Assembly: GCA_965655095.1 (NCBI GenBank)
Contig: OZ296649.1
Coordinates: 49,600,001-49,664,000, forward strand
DNA from: Haplodiscus bocki
Taxonomy: Eukaryota
DNA: 64,000 nucleotides
Direction of reading: 5' to 3'
Shown here: positions 53,735-64,000 of the stretch, piece by piece
How the letters are laid out: each line of letters opens with the position of its first letter
Numbering within the stretch: the first letter of the stretch is position 1
Made by a program: the position numbers and the translations under genes
Notes under the pieces: model-generated
Databases searched by the model: none
The model's input: the letters and a program-made list of their open reading frames with translations, nothing else
Told to the model about the DNA's origin: nothing

Positions 53735-54101
53735 ATGGATAGTTATTACTCACGTCAAGCTATCATGCCTCATTTCACCGGCCATGCTCGTCAACGAGGT
53801 AGCAGGTTTGGACATTTAGCACTTGGTGTCGGACGCGTTGCAATGCCATTTGCGAAAAACGTCCTTCTACCTGCTGTTCAATGGATTGGTAAAGAGTTAT
53901 TTGGCCAAAGTTTACCAAAAATAATGGAACTTGCTACAAAGTAGAAATCTTTAAAACGAGCAGCAAAAGCTGCACTGAAGAAGATGGTCCAGAAGCAAAG
54001 AGGAGGGGGTGGGCGTAGAAAAAACAGAAAGTTTCGACAAAAACGCAAGCTACAGAGAAATCGGTCAGATTTCTTCTCTAAAATTAAAAAATGTTACCTA
54101 A
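53735..54101 (+). pseudogene. Small basic Polinton virion core protein (adenovirus pVII/pX-like)
   Basis: MDSYYSRQ...RQRGSRFG...; after one TAG it continues KQRGGGGRRKNRKFRQKRK...RSDFF. Has a YYxxQ motif, QxG motifs and an Arg/Lys-rich tail, and lies between penton and capsid. Confidence 0.7.
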
Positions 54102-55400
54102 CGTTCTACCGCTTGAAGAGTCGCATGTATCATTGGATCCATTCGAAAGACCCCTCGTTCTGATCACATTTGATACTTCATTTGAGCAGAAGGTTGGACC
54201 CCTTTATTCTCCAAACTGACTAACTTTAGAGTTGGACATAGTAGGAGGTAGAACCAACTTCATCGATTTACAGAACATCTACCTCGAGAAGAAGTGCAAA
54301 ATTCTTCATTGGACAGCAATAGGCTTCGTTTCACCACTGGAGATTTAGCGCAAGTGATTTACCCTTTTACGTCAACAACACATTACACTCGTTATTTTCT
54401 GATTGCAGTGTCTCTGCAAATGGCATCAAAAAATCTTCAACCAATGGAAACTATGCGTAGAAAGCTTTCATCGAGACAGAGTTTTCTCATAATAGAGAAG
54501 AAGCTAAGGACACATGGTTGAAATGTCAAGGATATTCCCACGAAAAATCACCCGACACTTCTACCGATTTTGTGTTTACAGAGTGTCAAAATGAGACAAA
54601 ACGGTTTGCAAAAGTTGCATATATTGGCAAAGTTGCAGCTGATAATTTTCTTGTGAGAAACATCTCATCAGCAGCGTAACCATCCGGGCATCTTTTCTCA
54701 GACATCGTCCCGAATTCTTTTTGATTTATGATGATTAATCTAAAGATTACAAGATTGAAATATCACAAGCAAGTTTGTATATACGTAAAACGACAGTTTT
54801 CGAAAATGTTTATTCTGCAATTGAAAGTACACTAACAAACACACCTGCAACCTACAGATAGACAGAAATCATACCAAAAACTTCTCTAGTTTCGACAGAT
54901 TCGGAAAGCTGGAGCCATGAGGACATTTTTAACCGCAAACCTATCCGACGTTTTGCTGTGGCGATGGCAACAAACAAAGCCTTCCTTGGCTCGGAAGCCC
55001 ACAACCCTTTTTACTACCAGAAGTTCAACCTAGAGAACATTACGGTGTACCGGAATGGTTATCCCATTGCTACAACAAAGCTACAGAGAAACAACGATAA
55101 AAACTTTACCTAAACCCTCTCGAGGCTCTTGCATTCGGATTTCACGGCCATGGTGTTCCATTTTCCGACTTTCCAAACCACTACGTTTTAGTATTCGACA
55201 TTACAAGTACCCAACAGGCTTCACACGACTATTTATATCCTGAGTTAACAAGCGGCTCCAAGTCAATTGATTTGCGCTTCTTAGCTGAAGCAACAGACTG
55301 CCTAGAGCTGTTCTTTCTGGGAGAAAAGACTTCAACAATTTACATCGATTCCATCCGTAAAGTATCGGAAAACATTTTTCTCGATACGAAGATTGATAGC
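54091..55400 (+). pseudogene. Polinton major capsid protein (double jelly-roll, hexon-like), disrupted
   Basis: MLPNVLPLEESHVSLDPFERP...GPLYSPN*LTLELDIVGGRTNFIDLQNIYLE; NNTLHSLFS; AFIET; ASLYIRK; AFLGSEAHNPFYYQKFNL; YVLVFDITST; LFFLGEKTSTIYID. Several stops and frameshifts. Confidence 0.88.
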
Positions 55401-55405
55401 AAGAA

Positions 55406-55831
55406 ATGTTCGATGAACTTGGGTTATGGAGAATTGTTAACAAATGTGCGCTCCTGAAAATTCAATTTGAGGGAGTTTATTCAGCAGATAAATTCTCTGT
55501 TACGCTCAGAGAAACTACTTTCGTTATAGTCAATTCAGACAATTCAGAAAAACATGGAACCCCTTGGCTGCTCCATTGCATTAGACAAAGCGAAAACTGC
55601 TTTGGCGACCCACTTGGTCTATCTTTTTAATCTTAACAGAACATTTGCGCTCGTTTGGATTCGAATGATTTAGGAATAAAGGAACTCAATTATCAGCTTC
55701 AGAAACCTACATCTAAGTTTTGCGGACTCTACTGCATATACATTGATCATTATGTGTTTCGTCCTTACTATGCTTTAAAACGTATGATATCAGAAGACGA
55801 GCTGCCCCAGTTTGTGAAGCATATTTTATGA
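55406..55831 (+). pseudogene. Adenain-like (C5) cysteine maturation protease, disrupted
   Basis: FEGVYSAD...IVNSDNSEKHGTPW (GxHW with His changed to Pro)...FGDPLG, two in-frame TAA, then QLQKPTSKFCGLYC (Q...CGxYC). Confidence 0.88.
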
Positions 55832-56144
55832 TTCTGTTGGCGCTACTTCTGAGGGCATTAGAAAAAATATGAAACAATAAAAAAGTTTGAAAACTGATAT
55901 CAAATCACGTAGTATCAACAGAATGTCATGTTTCAATCAACATATCAACACTGATAATTGTAACCTAGAACTTGTAAATTTAGATTTTCAAAAACTTCCT
56001 TTCCTATCCATAAAAACAAGGTTCAAAGCAGAGGACAGAGTGGAAAAGTCTTGAATTAGTTAGAAATTCTTAAAGGTTCAGGAAAAGACGCAGGATCAAT
56101 TCAAAAGTTTCAGAACCGTCGCTTAGTTTCCACTTTTTTGTTTG

Positions 56145-56557
56145 AACTGCAAAAACCACTCATGCTTTCAAATCGACTTTTTAAAGCTGTTTCAGAAGTT
56201 GCGGCGCAATTGTTGACAGCCTACCTGTAGTGAAAATCGGGAGATAGTGAAACACTTCAATTGAAGCATTTGAGAAAAGCACAACTTAAATTGAATTAGT
56301 TGAGACTTTGGTTGATTTTGCGGGTGCTTTATTCCGGAACCACTTTTCGGAAAACTGCAAAAACCACTTATGCTTTCAAATCGACTTTTTAAAGCTGTTT
56401 CAAAAGTTGCGGCGCAATTGTTGACAGCCTACCTGTAGTGAAAATCGGGAGATAGTGAAACACTTCAATTGATGCATTTGAGAAAAGCACAACTTAAATT
56501 GAATTAGTTGAGACTTTGGTTGATTTTGCGGATGCTTTACTCCGGAACCACTTTTGG
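56145..56557 (+). repeat. Two-copy direct tandem duplication, ~208-bp period
   Basis: AACTGCAAAAACCACT...TCCGGAACCACTTTT starts at 56145 and at 56353, with only a few substitutions. Confidence 0.92.
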
Positions 56558-56850
56558 GGTCGTTTCAGCGCTCCAGCAGTAGTTTCTCTTCTCTTTCCAG
56601 GTTGCGGTCCCATGTTAATGTTTTCCACGTTATTGATTAGCTCCTGAAACTCGGCAACTGTTAGTGTAACACGCTGATTAATGTAAAAAAGACCATCTGT
56701 TCTGTTTTTAAAGAGTTTCAGGAAAAGATAGGTTGTAGTACTTTCGTAGTTTTTTGTAGTGACTCTCAATATTCTTCTTTCAGTTTTCGAGATGTCGATG
56801 AAACTATCTCCGAACTCCTTTTCGATGGAAGAGGTGAAAGGTCGACTCAT
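56494..56850 (-). CDS. PC4-like ssDNA-binding protein of the Polinton (118 aa from the ATG at 56850)
   Basis: FIDISKTERRILRVTTKNY...YLFLKLFK...QRVTLTVAEFQELINNV has a PC4-type beta-strand/helix pattern and a basic tail. The frame is open. Confidence 0.55.
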   Translation of the reverse strand: MSRPFTSSIEKEFGDSFIDISKTERRILRVTTKNYESTTTYLFLKLFKNRTDGLFYINQRVTLTVAEFQELINNVENINMGPQPGKRRETTAGALKRPQKWFRSKASAKSTKVSTNSI

Positions 56851-57442
56851 TTTGGTTGAGCTAAAATTTGAAGTTGAAAAGTAGTGGAAAGGAGAGTCAG
56901 ACAAGGAAGTTAACTGAACGGAGAAACTAATTTAGAAAAACGTGAAAATTGGGTTCATGTGTTTACTTTCTGACCTAGCTCATAAACATCAATCAAAAAA
57001 TTAAACAAATCTAGGTTAATTACTATAATTACTAGCAAAGCGCACATCGTTGAAACCACAGCAACCAAATATGGAGCGAAGACATCTGATAAGAGCGTTT
57101 ATTTACAATCACATCGCAAAAAAATGATAGAGGCCGAAACATCAAACTTTTATTTTCGTACACATCGTCAACTTAAAAGAGATGTCTGGACCATGTTTGT
57201 AACCCAGCGTGATGAAAAATTAGATTTCTAGACTTTGTTTGAATTTACGTACGAAAACGTAGGTTTGTTGACATGCAAAAAAGTTTTTGTGGAACATATG
57301 ATAATCCAACAAAATAAAACAAATATTTTCATCAACAGTGAACTACTATCAAGTTCTTGTTTCTTTAACTATTCTATCAGACTTTATTTTTCGACAGAAC
57401 CAACTACTTGCTTTTTAAAGTCCTTGAAACAATTGTTCTGGA

Positions 57443-57901
57443 ATGAAAATTGATATTCAAACTTTTACTGACTTTAGCGATTATAATAGATACATATTTT
57501 ACGAAACTTGGTTCAATGATAAAATTGTTATTGTTATGGGGAAAAAAGATGGACGAAGATTGGCAAGTTATGACTTCAGTATCGTTACCAAGACCATTAA
57601 TGGAAGTCCTAAAACATCGGGTCCAAGAATTTCTACCAATTTTGGGAACGCTCTAACGTCAACCAACAATAGTCCAAATCGAAGAAATTCTACCAATCTC
57701 GAAAACGTCGAAACGTCAACCAATAGTTATCGAGCAAAAACAGTAGTCGATCGCTTGGAGTTACCGACGCAGGTCAAAAAGGTATTATTCAAGTGCGATT
57801 ATGAAAAAATACCATTGTCGGAGAATCAAATGGGGTCGTTCAGTGACCTAGAGACTCTTGAATGTTTCTGGGACAAAGTTAAGAAGAAGAATTTTAAATG
57901 A
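57443..57901 (+). CDS. Polinton orphan ORF, 152 aa
   Basis: Open ATG-initiated frame; its stop overlaps the next ATG (ATGA). No recognisable motif. Confidence 0.4.
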   Translation: MKIDIQTFTDFSDYNRYIFYETWFNDKIVIVMGKKDGRRLASYDFSIVTKTINGSPKTSGPRISTNFGNALTSTNNSPNRRNSTNLENVETSTNSYRAKTVVDRLELPTQVKKVLFKCDYEKIPLSENQMGSFSDLETLECFWDKVKKKNFK

Positions 57902-58116
57902 CGAAAGAAGTAACACTTCCATCACCTTTCGAGACACTGGTCAATGAAAACAGTACCAAAGAAAGTGAGTTGCTGGTTTATCAAGAGCCGAAAACAGAGG
58001 GAAACATTTCAAATGCTGATGTTTTTACGTGCCAACGACCGAAGACTCCTGAAACAATGGGTTCAAACGAAAAAGAGTGTCGTCCAGCTCCGAAGAAACC
58101 CAAAAAATCACAGTAG
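57898..58116 (+). CDS. Polinton orphan ORF, 72 aa, basic NLS-like tail (PAPKKPKK)
   Basis: ATGA overlap with the upstream ORF; low-complexity sequence. Confidence 0.3.
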   Translation: MTKEVTLPSPFETLVNENSTKESELLVYQEPKTEGNISNADVFTCQRPKTPETMGSNEKECRPAPKKPKKSQ

Positions 58117-58578
58117 TTTTAATGGAGTTTGGCGAACGACTCGAGTTCTCAGAGCTGCGAGAATGAGAAGCTGATTTTGGTATGAGCAATCAAAACTTGT
58201 AGTTTGTTTTTTTTTTTGGTATGTCGGAACTTTCGACTTAAACTTCCCCTTTTTTATACTTGAGCCGCAGCTTTTTGTATCACTGTTCAAGACAAGGGTC
58301 ATCTTCCGGAGGTCTTTTTCTCTTGAAGTAGAAAAGTCAATCTATGCAATTTAAAAGACGGAAATGACAGTGAACTCTAAATAAAAGACACCAGCGGGAA
58401 AGATTGTGGCAACACAGCACAAGCAAGCAGCCAGCTCAAGAGGAATTTCAAAATTTCAACCAAACAGAGAGAAGTGGCTAGGAAGATCTGAAAGAAGGAT
58501 TTCAAAAAGATTGAATATTTCAACCAATGAGAAAACAAAAGCATTTGTAACAGAAATTCACTTTCAATTCAATTCGTT

Positions 58579-61500
58579 CTGAAAACGCAACATCGTGATA
58601 TTTGTTCCAAAAGTTTTGCAAACCGACAAAACCTAAACCGACATCGCAAGAAAATTCATAGCTTGAACAAGAATAAATATGAAATATTCTGCAGTTCTTG
58701 TAATTTCAACTGTAAAACACTATTAGAAATGCAAGTGCACTTATCATCCCAACCCAATGGGAAGCCGTCACGGTTCTGCGTTTACTGTAAGAAAACTTTT
58801 CTGACGGAATCAGATTTCAGAAAACATCAACGGGAACAGCACTCACTTTCCATGCGTAATCAGACAGTTAAAAAAGACGACCGAAATATCAGTTCAGCTT
58901 TCAACAACACATTCAAATTTTTCAGAATTGGGGCGGAAGATAAACACGACCTGCTAGAATTTTTGCTTGAGAAGGAAACTCTGATTCGAGAAACTTTGAT
59001 GGAAAAATCACAACGAAAGCCAGTGAAAGTACAACTCTCAGTGAAACTTATTTTAAAAAAACCAATTGAAGAAGACACCGACAAGATAGAAGTTCATTTG
59101 AACACGGCTATGATTCCTGTTTTTGCTCAAGTTCTGGCAAAAGAAACACTTTTCGACAAAGTGTTTTCAACGTTATTATCCTTCACAGCGCATGGGAGTG
59201 GGTGGCTAGTGGACAAAATCAAAACTGTGGAATTGAAAATGGCTAATTCTGCACCGGTGAGAGGATCGTCTTACTTAGCTTTACCATCGGAATTGCAGGG
59301 AATACGGAGCCTGTTGAACATTCGCAACCATCTTGACAACAAATGCTTCCTCTACTGTTTTACAGCGGCTTACCACTTATTCTACAGTCCACCGTTACAA
59401 ACTGATACCTGACGAATAGCTACAAGTTCACCACTCTACAGCAGTAACAACCCTTCAGCTCAACAAGCAATAGGGGACTTTGACATGCGCATGGGATTCA
59501 AAAACATTGCAAACTTTGAGATTCTCGATAACGTACAAGTAAATGTTTTCAGATAGGAGAACAAACAGCTGTTCCCGTTGCGTTCATCAAAAAATTCGAC
59601 TTTGAGTTGACGCTGGACCTTCTTCTTTTACAAGACGACCAAACTTATCAATATGTTTTCATTACAAACATATTGAGCCTAGTCAATCACATTAAACAGA
59701 GAGGACCACGAAGTGATGACAAGTTCTGTCGTAACTGTTTTCACATTTGCTCACAGGAAAGTTGTATCAATCATCATAACAATCTTATGAAATTCGAGGC
59801 AGCAGCAATCGAACTGCCCGCATCAAATGCTGAAAAAGTTGATTTCAAAAACTTTAGTGCCCGAGCATACGCTCCAGTTGTTACATTTTTCGATTTGGAA
59901 TCCCTCATGATTCCCATACAAAGTTGTGATGATAATCCTTCAAGTAGCTGGGCTCGCAATTTGGAAAAGCACAGACCTTGCGGTTTTTGTCAAGTGATAA
60001 ATGAAAGCGGCTCATTGCAGCCGGTACATCTTTCTATAGATCGATCATCAACGTGCATGCAGAAATTGGCAATACATCTTAAAGCAATTGCAAGGGAAAT
60101 TTACCAGAGAAAGCAAACTCACCGCATCCACAAAGGTAGACCGGACTTTTCAAGTGATCAAATTACCGACTGTTGGATTTGTGAGAAGCCATTTCTCGAT
60201 GAGCTGAAGGTTCTATATCGCTGCGTTTTCACCGGAAAATTTCTAGGTTACGCACACGATCAATGCAACTTTAAACGATGAAGCATTAATTACATCCCGG
60301 TCATAGCACGTAACTCTTCCAACTACGACATACATAATTTATGTAAGGAGGTACATGAATTCGCGTCAGAATGCAAAATTGAACTTGTACCTGTTACCAA
60401 CGAAAAATATATCGGGGTAAAAATTGCTGTGAGTCAATTCTTATACAGATAAGAGAGGTTTCGTTAAAAACGTTTACGAGTATTTGAGGTTTATCGACTC
60501 TTACAGATTTTTACCCTCATCGTTGGAGAAGCTGGTCAGTTACCTGCTTACAGAATGTTTTCAAAAACTAGACAACTACTTTCAATTTTATCAGCCGATA
60601 GAAAGAGAGGTTTTTCGTCAGAAAAGATTTTATCCCTACAGTTTTTTCGATTCTTTCGCAAAGTTCCAGGAAAATCAACTTCCCCCTATAAACTATTGGA
60701 CCAACAGTTTTAGTGGCAGTGAAATTTGCTTGAATGTAGTGGAAGAATTCAGAAAGCTGTGTTATGACACATATGGTTTTGATAGCGCACATTATTTCAC
60801 TTGTTCTCACCTGTCAGGTATTGCTTTCAACAAAATTTGTCGAGCCGACCTACACTTTTTGACAGACCGTGAACACGTTACACGTTGAAATGGCCGAAAA
60901 TAAGATTGGAGGCGGTGTAGCTTCAATCTTCTCGAAACGATTTTTTAGAGCGAACAACAAGTACATGGACAACTTCAACTTTGATAATGAATCTGAGTTT
61001 TGGACTACTTCTCGACGCTAACAATTGATATGGTGGGGTTATGGAAAAACTACTTCTCCCTGTAAAAGACTTCCAGAAAGTTGAGATCCCCTCCAAGAAA
61101 TTCTCAATACGGATATCGATTCAGATGTTGGATATATTCTTGAGGTTGATCTGGAGTACCCCGACTACCTTCATGATCAACATAAAGATTTTCCTCTCGC
61201 CCGACAAAAGAAAACATTGAAGAAATGTTCCTGAGCGATTTTCAATTGAACCTACTTGAAAAAATGGGAGTAAAAAATGAATCACCAAAAACTGATGCAG
61301 GTACTGAGCAACAAAAGCAACTACACTGTGCATTATCTCGATTTGAAGCTGTATGTGGAAGTGGGCTTACTAGTAAAGAAAGTTTACAGAGTTCTGCAGT
61401 TTCGTCAATCACTCTCGTTACGCCCCACTATTTTGCTCAACACAGAAAATAGACAGCGGTTGGTTAACGAGTTCCAGGAAGGGTCCTTCAAGCTGACGAA

Positions 61501-62599
61501 CAACAACTACTATGGAAAGACTGTCGAGAGTAAGACAAACACAGTCCATGTGCAATTAAAACGATCAATCGACGAAGTGCAACGCGTCATTGATAAGTCT
61601 TTGATGCAATCATTCAAAATTTTTGACAAAAATTTAGCTGGCGTAACACTCAAACAAACGAAAAATTACTGGAAGAAACCAACCATTGTCGGAGCATGTG
61701 TGGTCGAACTTGCGAAATTTAGCATGTTCTCATTCCACTACAAATTTATGAACAATGCATTTGATTGTGAACTAATTTACTCAGACACGGACCCAATTTT
61801 CTACGAAATAAATCATGTTGACCCTTACAAAGAATTAGCGGAAAATGTAAACCGGCGAAAAAACTTCGATTTCTTAAACTACCCACAAAATTACCCTTTG
61901 TATCATAATGGAAACAAAATGGTTACACTTCTATTCAAAGACGAGATGGCGGGTAAAATTCTTGAAGAATTTGTCGGACTCAAGCCAAAAATGTACTCCA
62001 TAAAGTATGGAGGTAATCAAAGACTCTCCGGCAGGGGCGTATCTCGATTCGCACAGACAAATCTTAAACACGATATTTACAAAACAGTTTTATCAACCAC
62101 CAACAGCATTAGAACCAATAACATACGCATCGGACCTTCCCTTCATCAATTGGAAACTATTTCGAGCAGCAAAATATATTTGTCCGCTTTCGGTGATAAA
62201 CGTTACCTTTTAAAGAACGGCATCGAAACTTTACCATTTGGCCATTATTTGGTGGGAGACATAGTCGCTTTCCGTGAAATCTTAGCAGATCATGACTGGG
62301 GTGAGGAAATTGTTGCAAGTCCAGACTGGGAAACTTTAGTGAGAGAGTATGGCCCGAGTCAGTTCGATAACAGATCTAACAGAAGCCTTCCACGCCCAAA
62401 TACTCCACCTCGAGCTCGAAACGGTCATAACGACACCCTTAGTGAAATCTTGAATGATAGTTGGACACCACCAGATCATGGTTTCCATCAAGAAGGGCGT
62501 AATGAATTTGATTTAGATGACGATTGGTCGGTTCACTACCGACTTCTATGCAACCTATGGACAAAAAAATTCTACGTCTTTCAGAAATCCCAACATTGA
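58579..62599 (+). pseudogene. Protein-primed family B DNA polymerase polyprotein (3x C2H2, TP/vOTU-like region, exonuclease with EndoVII insert, polymerase), disrupted
   Basis: Motifs in order: GSGW...GSSYLALP...NIRNHLDNKCFLYC; ExoI FFDLES; CWICEKPF...TGKFLGYAHDQCN; NSSNYD; RFIDSYRFLPSSLEKL; FYPYSFFD; LDANN*YG; GYILEVDLEYP; KLTNNNYYGKT; YSDTDP; FKDEM; GLKPKMYS; DKRY. Multiple stops and frameshifts. Confidence 0.93.
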
Positions 62600-63199
62600 T
62601 GATGGAGCAGTTGAGGACGTTACAGGTGAGCTTGAAGAATTACCGCAACGAGAAAGACGTCATGATGTAATCCTGAGTTCTGGTGTAGGGTTTTAGTATT
62701 TTCATAATGAAGTCTCCTGAAACTTTAAGTATTTAACAAGTATTTTATGTTTTGATATGCTTCGTTTATTTCCTTGCCTCGCAATATTAATTAAAGCCAA
62801 AACAATTTTTCAAAAGTTCAACCAGACGGGAGTTAGTTGGGTAGACGCTTTTTCAAACTAGAGCTGCAATTCAAACAGCTTCTTATACCGTGATTTTAGG
62901 TTACGATTACCAAACAAAAAAACCGCGATACTAGATTTTTAGTGTCATAGGAAAGAAGAGAAAGAAAGACCACACACGCTTCAGCAGACACGCTACAAAC
63001 AGTTCGCAAGGGACGTTGCTTGATCAAGAGATTTGTTGATAACTTACGGAGTAAACTTTCTCAACTTTTGTTTACACAAAACACTTCAAGCACTCGAGAA
63101 ACTAGAAACAGAGGTAAAAGTGTTGGATTCACAACAGCAGTAGCTACAATTGGTCGGACTGTAGCGAATAACAACGAGAAGAGGACAGGAATTGAAAGT

Positions 63200-64000
63200 T
63201 GAAACATTTTTCATGCAAAAAAACAGGGTGAAAAATCAAGGTAACCCACTTGTGTCACTCCAAAAAGTTGCCCCGTAAAACTCCTTCAATGTTGAAATTG
63301 GTGGTACCAATCCCCACCCTGGGGGGATCTTGGTTGAGGATATATTTCGAAAAAAGTACAAAAAAAAGAGGGAGAAAAAACTTTTTTGCAAAAATTCAGT
63401 GAAAAAATTGCGCAAAACAACCTAAAACACTCAAGATTACTACCCTCAGAAAATCCACTTCATTGTGCTTCAAATGGTACCAAAAACCACCTTGAGGGGA
63501 TCTTGGTTGAGGAGAAATTCAAAAAAAACATTTGAAAAAATTTCAGAAACGGTCTTTATTTCGAAAAATTTGATGCAAAATCCATAAAAAGACAGGAAAA
63601 AAGCCCGTACGTGCCTAAAAACACCTCCACACACGTTTTCCTTCATCCAACAAGTCACTAGAGCCTGTAAAAGATGAGTTCGCGGTAAGGCTCGAACCCG
63701 TGAATTGCGACCTCCCAACCCCCTAAAAGGTCCTTTCTGATACAATTTAACCCCGGAACGTCGTTGTAGGGCTGACTTTCGAACGAACCCGGAAAAAAAT
63801 TTTTTCAAAACCCCTTAGTATTTATCCCAGGGGGCGCCGAACCAACGGCTGTCTATGAGAGGTGCTCCCGTCCGCCTTCAAACTCAATTACTCACCGTTC
63901 GCTTTAGCCTTAACCACTACACTACCGGGCCATTGATTTGCGTAAGTTTAATTGCTATATACACATATACTGCGCCCCACTTTTTATATACACATATACT
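63200..64000. repeat. Probable right terminal inverted repeat region of the Polinton (inner boundary approximate)
   Basis: Non-coding and homopolymer-rich. The motif GGTACCAA...CCACC(C/T)TG...GGGGATCTTGGTTGAGGA occurs at ~63304 and ~63476. Ends with TATATACACATATACT twice (reverse complement starts AG, the Polinton terminal dinucleotide). No partner TIR was seen in the window. Confidence 0.6.
63807..63931 (-). ncRNA. Candidate Pol III tRNA-like small RNA in the terminal region
   Basis: Minus strand GGCCCGGTAGTGTAGTGGTTAAGGC (A-box as in tRNA-Val) ... GGTTCGGCGCC (B-box-like) ... CTGGGA, then TTTT. Confidence 0.35.

Larger units (their letters stand above)
52665..64000 (+). mobile_element. 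Polinton/Maverick (adintovirus-like) endogenous virus, left-truncated and pseudogenised
   Basis: Co-linear hallmark genes: RVE integrase tail, penton, core protein, major capsid protein, adenain and protein-primed PolB, followed by a non-coding terminal region ending ...ATATACT. Confidence 0.93.

Noticed and set aside
63470-63808. 112-aa minus-strand ORF in the terminal region
   Set aside because: TTG start, runs through homopolymer tracts and repeated motifs; the region looks non-coding.

Overview
Eukaryotic, probably invertebrate animal, DNA (the taxon cannot be fixed from sequence) with four zones. (1) 1-2610: four spliced minus-strand exons of a SEL1L/Hrd3-type SEL1-repeat gene. (2) About 3.0-6.0 kb: a tRNA-derived SINE and a decayed gag-like/zinc-knuckle ORF running into an SGNH-hydrolase-like domain. 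(3) 6032-47759: a 41.7-kb macrosatellite of exactly 20 head-to-tail units of about 2.09 kb. Each unit joins a + strand SGNH-like fragment, a - strand LINE reverse-transcriptase fragment and the A-box half of a SINE. Both flanks continue the elements cut at the unit junction. (4) 47.7-64 kb: the rest of that SINE, a 430-bp foldback palindrome, a decayed near full-length LINE (- strand), and the right ~11.3 kb of a decayed Polinton/Maverick (adintovirus-like) element. The Polinton carries an integrase tail, penton, core protein, major capsid protein, adenain protease, PC4-like protein, orphan ORFs and a C2H2/vOTU/EndoVII protein-primed PolB. It ends in a probable terminal repeat with tRNA-like Pol III signals and a duplicated terminal 16-mer. 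All protein assignments come from motif recognition by eye; no searches were run.
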